Below, piece by piece: positions 30,346-41,333 of a stretch of DNA of 59,846 nucleotides (its first letter is position 1; each line of letters starts with the position of its first letter). The translations under genes were made by a program, and so were the position numbers. The notes below the pieces were generated by a model. It had not been told where the DNA came from, did no database searches, and saw only the letters and a list, made by a program, of their open reading frames with translations. The stretch is from Bacteriovoracaceae bacterium (GTDB lineage: Bacteria > Bdellovibrionota > Bacteriovoracia > Bacteriovoracales > Bacteriovoracaceae), in the NCBI GenBank assembly GCA_041586955.1, contig JBFGZE010000010.1:1-59846 (forward strand), given 5' to 3'.

Positions 30346-31524
30346 TCAATGCCCTCTCGCCTGGAACCCCTTCTTGACCTTAATGCTCTGATATTGACGA
30401 GTTAGACGAATAATAGTTTCTTCTGACCGAACTTGATGGGCGATTCCTGATGCCACCAATATATTGCCCCCAAAATAGTCGGTTTGATAAATATCAAATA
30501 CCATCCCTTTTTCCACATCATCACTAAGTCCTTTATCAATTAGGACAAATTTTCCACGCGGGGAAGAGCGCACCACCGAGGCCTCAATATCATAATCCTT
30601 AAATTGGTTAATTTTTTTAGTACGGTAATCTAATCCCTGCTGGCGATAATTAAACATCAATAAGTGGCGTACACCTTGATCTGTTGACTGCCCTTGCACA
30701 CGATAATTCAATTGATAACCTAAGCTCCAATGAGTAAATTTCTTTTCAATACCAATGACGGCATCGGCCCATTGTCGGTTGATACTATTAAAAAGCATAC
30801 TCGGCCTGGTGCCCTGAAGCGGCTTAGAACTTGGGTCTGCGGTAAACTCATCGGTACCCATCGAGTAAATACCATCAACCCCCATCTTTAACGTCCAAAA
30901 CTGCCATTGCCATACACTATTAAGGGCAAAAGGGATCTCTGAACTTAAATGATTACCGGGTTGTCGAAAACTCATACCAGCGTTTAAACTATGGACGCGA
31001 CTGCGGTTATAGCTTAAGTCAACGCCAAGTTCCCATTCATTACCACTATCACCGAGCACTTGCTCATCTTCGGGTAATGAGGAGGTAGTATCATATTCAG
31101 CATTGGCATAAAAAGCATGAGTGAATTTAAATTTTAAAGCGTAGGACATAGAATCATATGTCCCCAAGTGATAAAACAAACTGCCCCATACAACATCGAG
31201 ACCTGAATTAGAATTCTCGACGATCTGGTTGGCACCATCAAAACTGGCCTGTAATTGACGGAAACGAAAACCTCCACCAAATTGGAGTTTATCACTTTTC
31301 CCGTAACGAAGGTCGACCTCCCCTTCAGTCATACTAAAAGCGTCATTAGGCCCCATCTGTATCACCTGTCCATTTTCATCGTAATAACCTGTCGATTGCC
31401 AATAGCTACCAAGGAAAGAGAGGTTATATCCACCTTTCCCCAAAAACGTGGTGGCCGGAGTGAAGGGGTTCGCCCATAAATTTTGCGAAAACATAAAGAT
31501 AAAAAAAGTGAAAATTTTAACCAT
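30346..31524 (-). CDS. Putative outer-membrane beta-barrel with a small C-terminal beta domain (FlgT C-terminal-like)
   Basis: Signal peptide; amphipathic strands; VLIDKGLSDDVEKGMVFDIY. Confidence 0.65.
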   Translation of the reverse strand: MVKIFTFFIFMFSQNLWANPFTPATTFLGKGGYNLSFLGSYWQSTGYYDENGQVIQMGPNDAFSMTEGEVDLRYGKSDKLQFGGGFRFRQLQASFDGANQIVENSNSGLDVVWGSLFYHLGTYDSMSYALKFKFTHAFYANAEYDTTSSLPEDEQVLGDSGNEWELGVDLSYNRSRVHSLNAGMSFRQPGNHLSSEIPFALNSVWQWQFWTLKMGVDGIYSMGTDEFTADPSSKPLQGTRPSMLFNSINRQWADAVIGIEKKFTHWSLGYQLNYRVQGQSTDQGVRHLLMFNYRQQGLDYRTKKINQFKDYDIEASVVRSSPRGKFVLIDKGLSDDVEKGMVFDIYQTDYFGGNILVASGIAHQVRSEETIIRLTRQYQSIKVKKGFQARGH

Positions 31525-32129
31525 TAAGCAATTTCCATATTAAATCGATTTTGCCTTTGATTAACTTCCTCCGCCTTTTTATAGAGGGCACGCTGAGGTA
31601 TCCATTGTCCCGGTACTTTTTCAAAAACCAAAACATCCTGAATATCAAGTGACAATGGTAATTGAATTTCACCAACCGCAGTATCTAAACCTATTTCTAA
31701 TTCGATTGGATCAAAAAAACGTCCTATGGGTAGGAGAATATTTTTTTCAATTTCTTTTTGTTTTTTCTTTTTTAAGAACTGCGCCCCATATTGGCCGGCG
31801 ACTTCAAATAGTTCCTCTTGGCAATACAAAATACTCATTGGCATTTCCGGTACCAGGCCCAATAAAGTAGGCCTTGAGCGTAGCGTTTTCATTTGTGTGA
31901 ATCGCATATTATCCCAATCACTGTGATCAATCGTATGCGAGTCCAAAATCTCAGTCGCTTCACTCATAAAATCAAGGGCCAGGGATTTTTCCATTTCAAA
32001 AGGCGGAATTAAAGTCATTTGTAAAAAATTAGATTTAAGAAATTTGGTATCGAATCGTCGGCGGAAAGTATCGATCTTTTTAAATTGCCAATGGTTCGGT
32101 CTAAAGGTCAAAGCGATAAAAAGTTTCAA
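31524..32129 (-). CDS. Degenerate 2H-phosphoesterase (2'-5' RNA ligase-like) protein
   Basis: FRRRFD...QMTLIPPF resembles the YjcG-type HxTL motif with His replaced. Confidence 0.55.
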   Translation of the reverse strand: MKLFIALTFRPNHWQFKKIDTFRRRFDTKFLKSNFLQMTLIPPFEMEKSLALDFMSEATEILDSHTIDHSDWDNMRFTQMKTLRSRPTLLGLVPEMPMSILYCQEELFEVAGQYGAQFLKKKKQKEIEKNILLPIGRFFDPIELEIGLDTAVGEIQLPLSLDIQDVLVFEKVPGQWIPQRALYKKAEEVNQRQNRFNMEIA

Positions 32130-32215
32130 AGCTCTCTCCCAACACAGGGAAAATAATTTTCCCTTAATTAAAGGGTAGGGCCAATTGACTCCGTTGACAA
32201 TAACTTTATGGCCTC

Positions 32216-32854
32216 CTAAGCGGCACGCCTTGTCTGACTATTTTGTTCAACAACACAAGGTAGAGTTATATCAACACAATACAACTCCCCTTCTTGCCAT
32301 TGCCGAAGAGAACCATTCACCTGCCTTAATTGGTAATGAATGGACTTTAAACCTAACCCCCTGGGAAATGAATGATCAAAGCGATCATTTTCACCTAATT
32401 GATTTTTCATTTCTAAACGGAAGTAATCTCGTTGGCGATAACAATTAATTTTTAAAACACCTCGGCCATGATCAAGGCCATTTTTTAAAATATTGCTGAG
32501 AACTCGATAGGCCTCCTTACCGATGGAAAATTCTTCCGGTAAATTTTTACTAAATTGGTACTGAACATCATCAAAGTGTCCTAGCGCTTGCTCATAAAAA
32601 CGGTCCATGAAGGCCTTCAGACCTAAAGCAGAGGATCCTTTTTCCTTTGGCCATATCAATTCTTCCATAATGACCAGCTCCTGGTATAAATTGTCCAATT
32701 CAGCTTGTGTTAAGGTTTTCTTTTGGTCGAGGCGGTGGTGTATAAAAAGCTTCATTCCATGAAGAGAGTTCAAAAGATCATGCCTTAAGAGAAGATCGGC
32801 AGATTCATTAACCATGAAGTTAAAAAATGTTTTTATTTTTTGTAAAAAAATCAT
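32216..32854 (-). CDS. Sensor-less histidine kinase-like protein (HisKA/HATPase, degenerate)
   Basis: RHDLLNSL H-box, NILKNGLDHG N-box, RGLGL G-box. Confidence 0.7.
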   Translation of the reverse strand: MIFLQKIKTFFNFMVNESADLLLRHDLLNSLHGMKLFIHHRLDQKKTLTQAELDNLYQELVIMEELIWPKEKGSSALGLKAFMDRFYEQALGHFDDVQYQFSKNLPEEFSIGKEAYRVLSNILKNGLDHGRGVLKINCYRQRDYFRLEMKNQLGENDRFDHSFPRGLGLKSIHYQLRQVNGSLRQWQEGELYCVDITLPCVVEQNSQTRRAA

Positions 32855-32886
32855 AAGGGGGCCTTTTAGATCAGACCCCCAAGATT

Positions 32887-34167
32887 TTATTTAACGGGGT
32901 AAAACTTAGCGTCTGATCCTAAATGCTCTTCAATACGCAAGAGCTGGTTATACTTTTCCATACGATCAGAACGTGATGCCGAGCCAGTTTTAATATGGCC
33001 TGCTCCACAAGCAACGGCCAAATCGGCAATAAAACTGTCTCCTGTTTCGCCTGATCGGTGACTAATGATGGCGCGGAATTTATTATTGAAGGCCAATTCC
33101 AAGGTATCAAAAGTCTCACTCAAGCTGCCAATTTGATTGACTTTAATAAGAATGGCATTCGCTTCCTTATGATCAATACCTCGCTGTAAAATCTTTTTAT
33201 TGGTGACAAAAAGATCATCGCCGACAAGAAGGATTTTATCTCCCAGTGCACGAGTAAGCTCAATCCAACCTTCTGTATCGCCTTCATCCAGTCCATCTTC
33301 TATGGAGTAAATCGGATATTTCTCACATAATTTTGAATAATATTCCACCATTTCTCCGCTGGTGAAAGCTTTGCCTTCCATATGATAGGCACCATTCTTG
33401 TAAAATTCAGAACTTGCAGCATCTAAGGCAAAGGAAATATCAATTCCAGGTCGATAACCGGCCAACTTAATCGCACTTAAGATACAATCCATTGCCTCTT
33501 CGTGTGATTGGAGATTGGGAGCAAAGCCTCCCTCATCTCCGACATTGGTACTATAACCTTTCTTCGTCAAAACAGATTTCAAGTTGTGAAAGACCTCAAC
33601 ACCGGCACGAAAATTCTCGGCAAAAGACTTGGCCATATGAGGAACAATCATAAATTCTTGAATATCTAGATTATTGGAAGCGTGTTCCCCTCCGTTAATG
33701 ATGTTCATCAATGGTGTAGGTAAACAATACTCACCTCTCTCATTAGGTGAATGAAGTGTACTTTTGAGATATTGATAAAGTGGCATATTTGAAGAATTGG
33801 CACCGGCGCGCGCTGTAGCGAGGCTAATTGCCAAAATTGCATTGGCACCAAATTTTTCTTTATTTTCAGTCCCATCAAGATCCAGCATTTTTTGATCAAT
33901 CGCTCGTTGATCAAGACAAGACATACCCACAATAGCGGGGCCTAGAGTATCATTAACATGCCCAATCGCCTTCAGGACAGATTTTCCCATATAAAATTGA
34001 GGGTCACCATCTCTCATTTCAAGGGCCTCACGCTTACCAGTACTGGCTCCTGAAGGAACAGAGGCGCGGCCGGTAACACCGTCTTCAGTGGTGACGTCGA
34101 CTTCGACAGTGGGATTACCACGAGAATCGAGAATTTGGCGGGCATGAATGGACTTAATAATTGTCAT
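32887..34167 (-). CDS. eno: Enolase
   Basis: [47 protein letters not shown] 34167 after AAGGAG. Confidence 0.98.
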   Translation of the reverse strand: MTIIKSIHARQILDSRGNPTVEVDVTTEDGVTGRASVPSGASTGKREALEMRDGDPQFYMGKSVLKAIGHVNDTLGPAIVGMSCLDQRAIDQKMLDLDGTENKEKFGANAILAISLATARAGANSSNMPLYQYLKSTLHSPNERGEYCLPTPLMNIINGGEHASNNLDIQEFMIVPHMAKSFAENFRAGVEVFHNLKSVLTKKGYSTNVGDEGGFAPNLQSHEEAMDCILSAIKLAGYRPGIDISFALDAASSEFYKNGAYHMEGKAFTSGEMVEYYSKLCEKYPIYSIEDGLDEGDTEGWIELTRALGDKILLVGDDLFVTNKKILQRGIDHKEANAILIKVNQIGSLSETFDTLELAFNNKFRAIISHRSGETGDSFIADLAVACGAGHIKTGSASRSDRMEKYNQLLRIEEHLGSDAKFYPVK

Positions 34168-34224
34168 GGGAAATCTCCTTGAATATTTGCATGGATTATA
34201 TCGAGGAGGAGAAAGGGTTGGCAA

Positions 34225-35004
34225 TTATTCTAGCTTAATTTTTGGCCAAAGATTTTTCCCCGCAAGCTTTTTCCACTCTCCGCCAAGAGCTTCGCTATAG
34301 AAGAATGCCGGTAAATCCTGGCCTCTTGAGATCTCAATACCAAGACGAGAAAGAGCATGAGAAGCGACTTGTGCCGCAGGACAAATTGTTTTAATCGATA
34401 AATAATTTTCTATCACTTCTTGAATAAGAGGATAATGAGTGCAACCTAAGATGAGGTGTGTTACCTGTGACTCTCTCAATTCCTCTAATTCCTGATGAAC
34501 CCTTGGTAGCCAATCATCTTGATCTCCACCATGCCAAAATTCCTCCACTAAGGACGCCAGATTGGAGCTTGTGAACACTTGGACCTGGCCATTAGGGTCT
34601 TTCATACTCTTTAACGTATTAAATTTTTCTGAGCGGAACGAAGCATGTGTTAATAGGACGCCCCATTTTTGACCGACATCGGCCACTTGGTTGACGATAT
34701 TGATATAGGGCTCAACACCGATAAGAGGCAGGTCGAACTCTCCTCTCAGGAGCTCAATCGACATATTCGTGGCGGTGTTACAAGCAAATAAGACCAAGTC
34801 ACAGTGACTATCTTTTAAGTATTGGACAATTAATCGGGATCGCTGCACAATATCCTTGTCGCTCAAATTGCCATAAGGGGCATATTCACGGTCGGCAAAA
34901 TAATAATACTCAGGGCCTGGGGCCTGACCCATGATTTCCCGCAGTATTGAGAATCCACCAATACCGGAATCAAAGAGCCCAATTTTAATTTTTTTACCTT
35001 CCAT
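34225..35004 (-). CDS. murI: Glutamate racemase
   Basis: FDSGIGG, APYG, ACNTAT, LGCTHYP. Confidence 0.95.
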   Translation of the reverse strand: MEGKKIKIGLFDSGIGGFSILREIMGQAPGPEYYYFADREYAPYGNLSDKDIVQRSRLIVQYLKDSHCDLVLFACNTATNMSIELLRGEFDLPLIGVEPYINIVNQVADVGQKWGVLLTHASFRSEKFNTLKSMKDPNGQVQVFTSSNLASLVEEFWHGGDQDDWLPRVHQELEELRESQVTHLILGCTHYPLIQEVIENYLSIKTICPAAQVASHALSRLGIEISRGQDLPAFFYSEALGGEWKKLAGKNLWPKIKLE

Positions 35005-35054
35005 AACCCTATTATAATAAACTCAGCGGTTATTGGTCAAAAAAGGACAGCATC

Positions 35055-35486
35055 TTGGATCGCGTTAAAATCATCTTTCCAGAAAATTCATTTTTCCAAA
35101 CTCAGTATATAATCGGTGTCTCTGACCTCAATTATGGCAATCATTTGGGAAATGATAAACTATTGACCTTATGCCATGAGGCCCGACTGCGCTTTCTTAA
35201 GGCCCAAGGCCAAAATGAAATCGATTTTTTTAAAAGATCACTTATTCAAGTTGATGCGGCGATCAGCTATAAGTGCCAAGGTCATTTTGGAGATATTATC
35301 CTCATCGAATTAGCGCTCGGGGAGGTCACTGCCAGGTGCTTCCAATTACTTTACCGCCTCACCAATCAAACAAAAAACACTTACTTGGCATTAGCAAAAA
35401 CTAATCTTGTGGCCTTTGATTACCAAAACAATTGTCCCACTCATTTTACTGAAGAGGCCCTTGAATTCCTCAATTCTTTATCCTAG
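35055..35486 (+). CDS. Hotdog-fold acyl-CoA thioesterase (4HBT family)
   Basis: SDLNYGNHLGND...HEAR. Confidence 0.88.
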   Translation: MDRVKIIFPENSFFQTQYIIGVSDLNYGNHLGNDKLLTLCHEARLRFLKAQGQNEIDFFKRSLIQVDAAISYKCQGHFGDIILIELALGEVTARCFQLLYRLTNQTKNTYLALAKTNLVAFDYQNNCPTHFTEEALEFLNSLS

Positions 35487-35518
35487 CCGCAAATCAAATT
35501 ATTAGGCATAATGGGAAG

Positions 35519-35902
35519 ATGATGAATCAAAAGAAAATTCTCATTATTGATGACGATATCGATTTAGGTGCACTCTATGCCCACTTTCTAAAAAAGGATT
35601 ATCATTGTGAAGTTCTTAATGACCCTCTTCAGGTCCTAGGTAAACTTTGTTATGAACACTTTGACCTATTATTAACTGATATCATCATGCCTGAATTAAA
35701 TGGTATTGAGTTAATAAAAAAAGTTCGTTCAACCTTTCCCAAAATTAAAATTCTCGTCTGCTCTGAAGGTGGTAGTAGTCATGGTAAAGAAATAGTCGCC
35801 AAAATTCTGTTAGACCAGGCCAAAGAGATGGGCGCCCATCAAGCGTTAAAAAAACCATTTACCCGGCAAGAACTCCGTGCTGCCATCAAAGAATGCCTTT
35901 AA
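35519..35902 (+). CDS. Single-domain response regulator
   Basis: IIDDD, LLTDIIMPELNG, LKKPF. Confidence 0.9.
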   Translation: MMNQKKILIIDDDIDLGALYAHFLKKDYHCEVLNDPLQVLGKLCYEHFDLLLTDIIMPELNGIELIKKVRSTFPKIKILVCSEGGSSHGKEIVAKILLDQAKEMGAHQALKKPFTRQELRAAIKECL

Positions 35903-36657
35903 TCCATTTCGAGCTTACGATTGGCCTCTCTTAGTCGATTCAATAAAGTTTGAATGAGTAGCTCTAACCAGGGGGGTTGCGCCTTAAAAAATGATTGGAC
36001 GTCACCGAGGTACAATTCGTGGACCAAGCACTCCTCAAGAGCACGTACTGTCGCCGAACGAGCTTTCCCGTCGAGAAAGGACATTTCCCCTACTAATTGC
36101 CCCTCTCCAATAACTCCTAGTGGCACTTCTCGCCCATGAGCTTCGTGTAAAACTTGTAATCGCCCTTTTTTGAGCACAAAAATACTATTGGAGAATTCTC
36201 CCTCATGAAATAAAAAATCATTTTTTTCGAGAAAAATTTCTTTGATTTGAATTTTTTTAGCGTGAGACAAACAAGTCTCTACAACTGATTTTAAAAAGGG
36301 AAGTCGAATGGCCTTTGGTACTAGATGTACATCACCCTCTTTCCATTCGATCTCACCTTCTTGGAACTGCGCCCGCGTCCCAGTGAGAATAATAGGTGTT
36401 TCGACTCGCCTTGATTTTTTAAAATTCTTTTTAAGAATCGGCAAGACCTGTTGCCCACTATCATTTACAAGATACGTGATGATAAGGCTGGGAAAGCCCT
36501 CTTCTAACTCTTCTAAAACCTGGTCAAAAGATGCCATCGCCGTTATTTCATAATCAGGAAATTCCTCGGCCAAGAAGTGACCAATTTTTTTAAGAAGGGC
36601 AATATCAGGATCCACTAAAAATATTTTCTTTTGGCAATTTAATCCAATTTCCGTCAT
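35899..36657 (-). CDS. Pseudo-receiver plus cyclic nucleotide-binding domain protein
   Basis: N-terminal REC-like fold lacking the phospho-Asp; LFHEGE, VGEMSFLDGKARSATVRA; no HTH. Confidence 0.85.
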   Translation of the reverse strand: MTEIGLNCQKKIFLVDPDIALLKKIGHFLAEEFPDYEITAMASFDQVLEELEEGFPSLIITYLVNDSGQQVLPILKKNFKKSRRVETPIILTGTRAQFQEGEIEWKEGDVHLVPKAIRLPFLKSVVETCLSHAKKIQIKEIFLEKNDFLFHEGEFSNSIFVLKKGRLQVLHEAHGREVPLGVIGEGQLVGEMSFLDGKARSATVRALEECLVHELYLGDVQSFFKAQPPWLELLIQTLLNRLREANRKLEMD

Positions 36658-39600
36658 TTATGCCTCGCTCTCACAATATAAATCTAAAAGTGCTTTGATT
36701 TTAACCTTATTAAAGGGTTTGCCCAGACTATCGGTAAAACCGGCCTCAGCGTACTCTTTTTGGTCCTTCTCTGAATCGTTGGCCGATAAGGCGACAACCA
36801 CTTGATTGGCCTTGCCTATTCCTTGCTCCCAAGTACGCAGCTTAGAAATGGCCTCAAGCCCTGTCATAATGGGCATATTGATATCCATAAAAACAAAATC
36901 GTATCGTCCTGATTTTATCTTTGATAAACCTTCTTCACCATTTTTAGCAGTGTCTAATTCAATACTCATCCCTTTTGTTAATACTTTAAAAAGCATATGC
37001 ATATCGTCTGAGTCATCCACCAAAAGTAATTGGATCAATTGATCATCGGTTGGAGCATTAATGGCATGAGTTTCTTTTGTTTTATCCTGGGAAGGTGGCG
37101 CCTGAGCGGCTTCTTCTAGCGCGGGAGCTTTTTCGACGATCGATTCAATCTCAGATAAAGTCTCGTCACCAAAATAATCCTCTTCACTTTCGGAAATCTC
37201 GGCCTGAGTATCAAAAACTTTGTCAATAAGGGCCTCTAATTCTTCCATATCAAATGGCTTAGGCAATAAACCTATAATCCCCAATTTCTCCTTAATCTCC
37301 TTAGGCAATTCCATTAAGTTTCCTGAAATTAATATAATAGGCACTTCTTGCTTTGTACCGTTAATCATTTTTGCCATGGTCAGGCCATCAATTTCAGGCA
37401 TACGAATATCTGTGATCAATAAACTAATATCATATTTTTTATAGAGAAAAAGTGCCTCAACACCATTTTTAGCACTAATAATATTATAATTATTGCCTTT
37501 AAGACCTTCCGTAATTATTTCTCGAATACCATCGTCATCTTCCGCAACAAGGATGGTCTTTTGACCGGAGTCAATGCTTTTACCATATTTGGGTGCTTCA
37601 TCGGGGAAGAGATAAGATCTGACATGATCAGCGAGATCCACAATATCTTCTGATTTGCGGAGAAGGGCATCCGCTTCGCGATTAACCTGCTCAATCATAT
37701 CTGTATCAATCGCCTCTGTGGATATAATAACGGGAGTTTTTGCTAGTTTTGCATTTGCGCGAATCCGCTTGAGTGTTTCTAGACCATTGAGATAGGGCAT
37801 TTCTAAATCTAAAATAATGAGGTCAACAGCGCTCTTCTCTAATATCTCTAAAGCTTCAAGGCCATTATAGGCAGTTAGAAGATCGACATCCAAGCTCTTT
37901 AACTTTGATTGGTAAAGACGGATAATTTCAATGGAGTCATCCACTAATAATAAAGTCGGCCGACCTTCAGAAATAATAGGAGTCGCTTCACTAGTATGGG
38001 ATAGAACGCGAGGCAATGTGATAATAAAGGTTGAGCCCTTACCTTCTTGTGACTCCACCCAAATATCACCATTATGCAAACTACAAATATTTTTACAAAT
38101 GGCCAGTCCTAAGCCAGTACCGATTTCCCTATCCTTGACTCGGGCCTGCTCAAATTTATTAAAAATAGTATCAATTTTATCACTAGGAATCCCTGGCCCA
38201 TTATCTGCAATTTCAATTCTTAAAATCTCACTTGATCCATCGATCAAACGCCGCCCCTGAATACTTGTAATTTTAAATTTGATCTTTCCATTTCGAGGCG
38301 TAAATTTTAAAGCGTTTCCTAGGATATTATTGATGACCTGGACAATACGAGCATAATCCCCGGAAATTTCATAATCCTTATCAATTTCAGTAATTATGCT
38401 AATGCCCTTTTCTTGAGATTTTAAAAAATAGGAATCCAAAACATTATTAATCATTTCTTTGACTTTAAACTTTTCGAAATCTAAACGAATCCCACCTTCT
38501 AACCGCGCTAAGTCTAATAGGTCAGTAATCAAATTAAGAGCAAACTTGGCGGAGTTTTTCGAGCGACGAATAAGATCGTTTGAGGTCGCACTAAACTCTG
38601 TATTTTCTTCGATTAAAATATCCAGACTGGTTTCAATCACCGCTAGTGGATTTTTTAAATCATGGGAAACAATCGCCAATAATTCATCTTTATCCCTGGA
38701 AACTTTTTCGATTTCGGCCTTTTGCTTTTTCATATCATCCAAGAGTTCGCTCTTGGCCAAAAGTGCTTGTTCGGCCTGGTCTCGGGCCTCTCGGGTCTCT
38801 CTTTCACTTTTCCGGAGGACTCTTGTGCGCTCATTTACTTGACGAACCATTCCTTGAAACGTCCGTGCCAAAATTCCAATTTCATCTTCGCTTTGTATAT
38901 CCAAGGACACATTGATGTCACCGTGGGTATAGCGACTCGCCATTTTCGTGATGATTTGCAAATTGCGCATAATAAAACTTGTTACCAACCAACCGACCAG
39001 AACCACAATAATAACGAGACTTAAGGCCCAGGCAACCCGAGATAACTGCCCTTCCCGGTAGCGCAGAGCAAGCCAATGCTTAGAGACCCCCACCCCTAGA
39101 CTAAAATAAAAATGACGGTCCATTTTATTAAGATAAAATTTCTTAATAAGAAGAACTTGATCATCACCATGATCTTTATAAAAGATCATTTTCTTTTTTA
39201 ATTTATCATCTAAAAGAAATTCATTATCGATATCGCCAAAGTCACTTTGAATAAAATAACGGAGACCTTTTTCAAAACCAAATGTTTTATTGGAGTGGGG
39301 ATGAATCAGATAGTCCCCATTTAAATTAATAAGATAAAATCGAAAAAGACTTTTATCGCCTTGCTCCAAGACCTGAAAAACATCCTTTCCCTGCTCTAGT
39401 CCAATGGAAAAGGAGCCATTCTTGTTTTTATGGCCAATATAGATGGCGGGAATAGATTCCTTTTCATTTTTAACTAAGATGAAGTCTGAAACAATTGTTT
39501 CATTAGCTTTAGACTGGGTCAAAAGACTGCGAAAGGTGGCCGGCAATCGCAAATGTTTAGGGCCTTTCAAGCTTTGGGCACTTTTTAGGTCGGGAGTTAG

Positions 39601-39888
39601 CCTCCAAAAACCAAGATAAGTATTATCCGTCTTAAGGTAACTTTTTAGGGAGTGATCAGATAAATAGGATTTCGATCGCAACCGATCTTGTTTCCCCCGC
39701 AATATGGCCATCATTCGATGGCCTAAATCTTCTGCACGATGTTCGATTAATTCTTTTTGAATTTCCCAAATGTGTTTATGGCCTTCATATTCGAAAATAA
39801 GGCCAACAATAATAGAGACAACTAACGCCATAAGGGCGAGAAAGGATGTCAACTTTAATGCAATTGAACTAGAAATTAATCTCCACAT
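36658..39888 (-). CDS. Hybrid sensor histidine kinase (two TM, periplasmic sensor, HAMP, HisKA, HATPase, three receiver domains)
   Basis: DEIGILA, VSHDLKNPL, NILGNALKFT, DNGPGI, GTGLGL; three receivers (DLEMP, DIRMP, DINMP). Confidence 0.93.
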   Translation of the reverse strand: MWRLISSSIALKLTSFLALMALVVSIIVGLIFEYEGHKHIWEIQKELIEHRAEDLGHRMMAILRGKQDRLRSKSYLSDHSLKSYLKTDNTYLGFWRLTPDLKSAQSLKGPKHLRLPATFRSLLTQSKANETIVSDFILVKNEKESIPAIYIGHKNKNGSFSIGLEQGKDVFQVLEQGDKSLFRFYLINLNGDYLIHPHSNKTFGFEKGLRYFIQSDFGDIDNEFLLDDKLKKKMIFYKDHGDDQVLLIKKFYLNKMDRHFYFSLGVGVSKHWLALRYREGQLSRVAWALSLVIIVVLVGWLVTSFIMRNLQIITKMASRYTHGDINVSLDIQSEDEIGILARTFQGMVRQVNERTRVLRKSERETREARDQAEQALLAKSELLDDMKKQKAEIEKVSRDKDELLAIVSHDLKNPLAVIETSLDILIEENTEFSATSNDLIRRSKNSAKFALNLITDLLDLARLEGGIRLDFEKFKVKEMINNVLDSYFLKSQEKGISIITEIDKDYEISGDYARIVQVINNILGNALKFTPRNGKIKFKITSIQGRRLIDGSSEILRIEIADNGPGIPSDKIDTIFNKFEQARVKDREIGTGLGLAICKNICSLHNGDIWVESQEGKGSTFIITLPRVLSHTSEATPIISEGRPTLLLVDDSIEIIRLYQSKLKSLDVDLLTAYNGLEALEILEKSAVDLIILDLEMPYLNGLETLKRIRANAKLAKTPVIISTEAIDTDMIEQVNREADALLRKSEDIVDLADHVRSYLFPDEAPKYGKSIDSGQKTILVAEDDDGIREIITEGLKGNNYNIISAKNGVEALFLYKKYDISLLITDIRMPEIDGLTMAKMINGTKQEVPIILISGNLMELPKEIKEKLGIIGLLPKPFDMEELEALIDKVFDTQAEISESEEDYFGDETLSEIESIVEKAPALEEAAQAPPSQDKTKETHAINAPTDDQLIQLLLVDDSDDMHMLFKVLTKGMSIELDTAKNGEEGLSKIKSGRYDFVFMDINMPIMTGLEAISKLRTWEQGIGKANQVVVALSANDSEKDQKEYAEAGFTDSLGKPFNKVKIKALLDLYCESEA

Positions 39889-39957
39889 ATAAAAATATGA
39901 TCGGTTAATTTCTCAAGAAGATAAAGGTAAAACTATTTAGGCGAGCAATTAGATCAG

Positions 39958-40083
39958 CTACTCATCATCCTTAGCGGTGACTTTCTCTTCGACAGACTCT
40001 TCACTAAAACTAATATAAGTAACCCAGCTAAATCCAAGAACACAAATAACAGTCGCAATAATTGACCAAATACTCATTGCCAT
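39958..40083 (-). CDS. 41-aa single-TM small protein (not in the ORF track)
   Basis: AAGGAG RBS; MAMSIWSIIATVICVLGFSWVTYISFSEESVEEKVTAKDDE. Confidence 0.65.
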   Translation of the reverse strand: MAMSIWSIIATVICVLGFSWVTYISFSEESVEEKVTAKDDE

Positions 40084-40110
40084 AAAAAATCTCCTTATCT
40101 ACTTCTATTA

Positions 40111-40740
40111 TTAAATGAATTCACCTGAAATGGGAAGGTTTTCATCAACTTCATCAGTATTAAGTGACGGACAAGCTTGCTCTACTTTTAGGTGGTAATA
40201 GGGATCTTTTAAATATTTCTCAATACACAAATAGGTTAAGGCCAAACTTTGACGCACACTGCATCTGGTCAAAATACTTTCCTCCAAACATTGCTGCCGT
40301 TGATAAAGTGAAGGGCCACTTGCCACCATCCTAATACCAGGTATCAATCGCCGGTTAAGACGCTCTCGAACATAAGTGGCGATTTGCACCATCTGACCGT
40401 GGAAAAAGTATTGATAAGATAATGACGAGAATTTTTCTTGGGCACAAAAATCCTTTTCTGGATATTGCAAGGCCCCCTCACCAGGATTTCTTTCCATACA
40501 ATCACAGAATAAGAATAATTCATTTAAGTAAATTTTCTGAAGAGCTGATACCTGGGACAAGGGCGCCGCCTGTCTTAATGTTAACCCCTGTTGCATTTGA
40601 ATAATCTCCATTCCCTCTTGAAGACATCGCTTTTTGACCGCAGAGATAGAATCCTCGCCTGTCAGATCGCGCGCTCTTGCCTCATTTAATATGAGCAAAG
40701 GCACCATAAATATGACGAAACCTATCATAAAAGTCTTCAC
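40111..40740 (-). CDS. Secreted Cys-rich hypothetical protein
   Basis: AGGAGG RBS, GTG start, signal peptide ending ARA, 8 Cys. Confidence 0.72.
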   Translation of the reverse strand: MKTFMIGFVIFMVPLLILNEARARDLTGEDSISAVKKRCLQEGMEIIQMQQGLTLRQAAPLSQVSALQKIYLNELFLFCDCMERNPGEGALQYPEKDFCAQEKFSSLSYQYFFHGQMVQIATYVRERLNRRLIPGIRMVASGPSLYQRQQCLEESILTRCSVRQSLALTYLCIEKYLKDPYYHLKVEQACPSLNTDEVDENLPISGEFI

Positions 40741-40847
40741 CCCTCCTATTATAAGGGACGTTCAACTACTCCGACCGGTTGAAAATCACCATTAGATCTT
40801 TTTTCATTTTAGGCCTAAAATAGAGGTGAACATTAAGGATAAAAAAA

Positions 40848-41333
40848 ATGAAGCAATTTCCATCACTTATAATATTCTGGCTCCTCTTTTCATTAACTCA
40901 AGCGATCCATGGAAAAGACCATTTTCTTGCCCAAATTACCTCCGGACTTGGCCCAAAAAGCTATAATCTTATTGTCGAAACAGATGATCAAAATCGAATT
41001 ATCGCCATAAAAACAAGGCGCCGGCCTGGCGATAAGGTTAAAGTCTACCCTGCTGCGATCTTGGAAAATCCCGTCCCCTTAGCGAAATCCGTCGGTATTG
41101 TTCTGGTTGACCTTACCTGCAAACCCTTTGATCCACAAAAAGGTTGTCCAATAGAGATCCGCTACCCCTATAATATAACAGTCGCTGCCTTTAAGCGCTT
41201 CCAAGCAAAATTAGCTTTTACCAAAGGAAAATGGCAAATAACGGCCAATGACAAGGCCTTTACTAAAATGCACCTTGTCGCACGAAAATTTATTGGTATC
41301 CTTATCGGTGTCAAAAAAATAGAGCTTCACTAA
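40848..41333 (+). CDS. Secreted hypothetical protein
   Basis: AAGGA RBS; signal peptide; one Cys pair. Confidence 0.75.
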   Translation: MKQFPSLIIFWLLFSLTQAIHGKDHFLAQITSGLGPKSYNLIVETDDQNRIIAIKTRRRPGDKVKVYPAAILENPVPLAKSVGIVLVDLTCKPFDPQKGCPIEIRYPYNITVAAFKRFQAKLAFTKGKWQITANDKAFTKMHLVARKFIGILIGVKKIELH

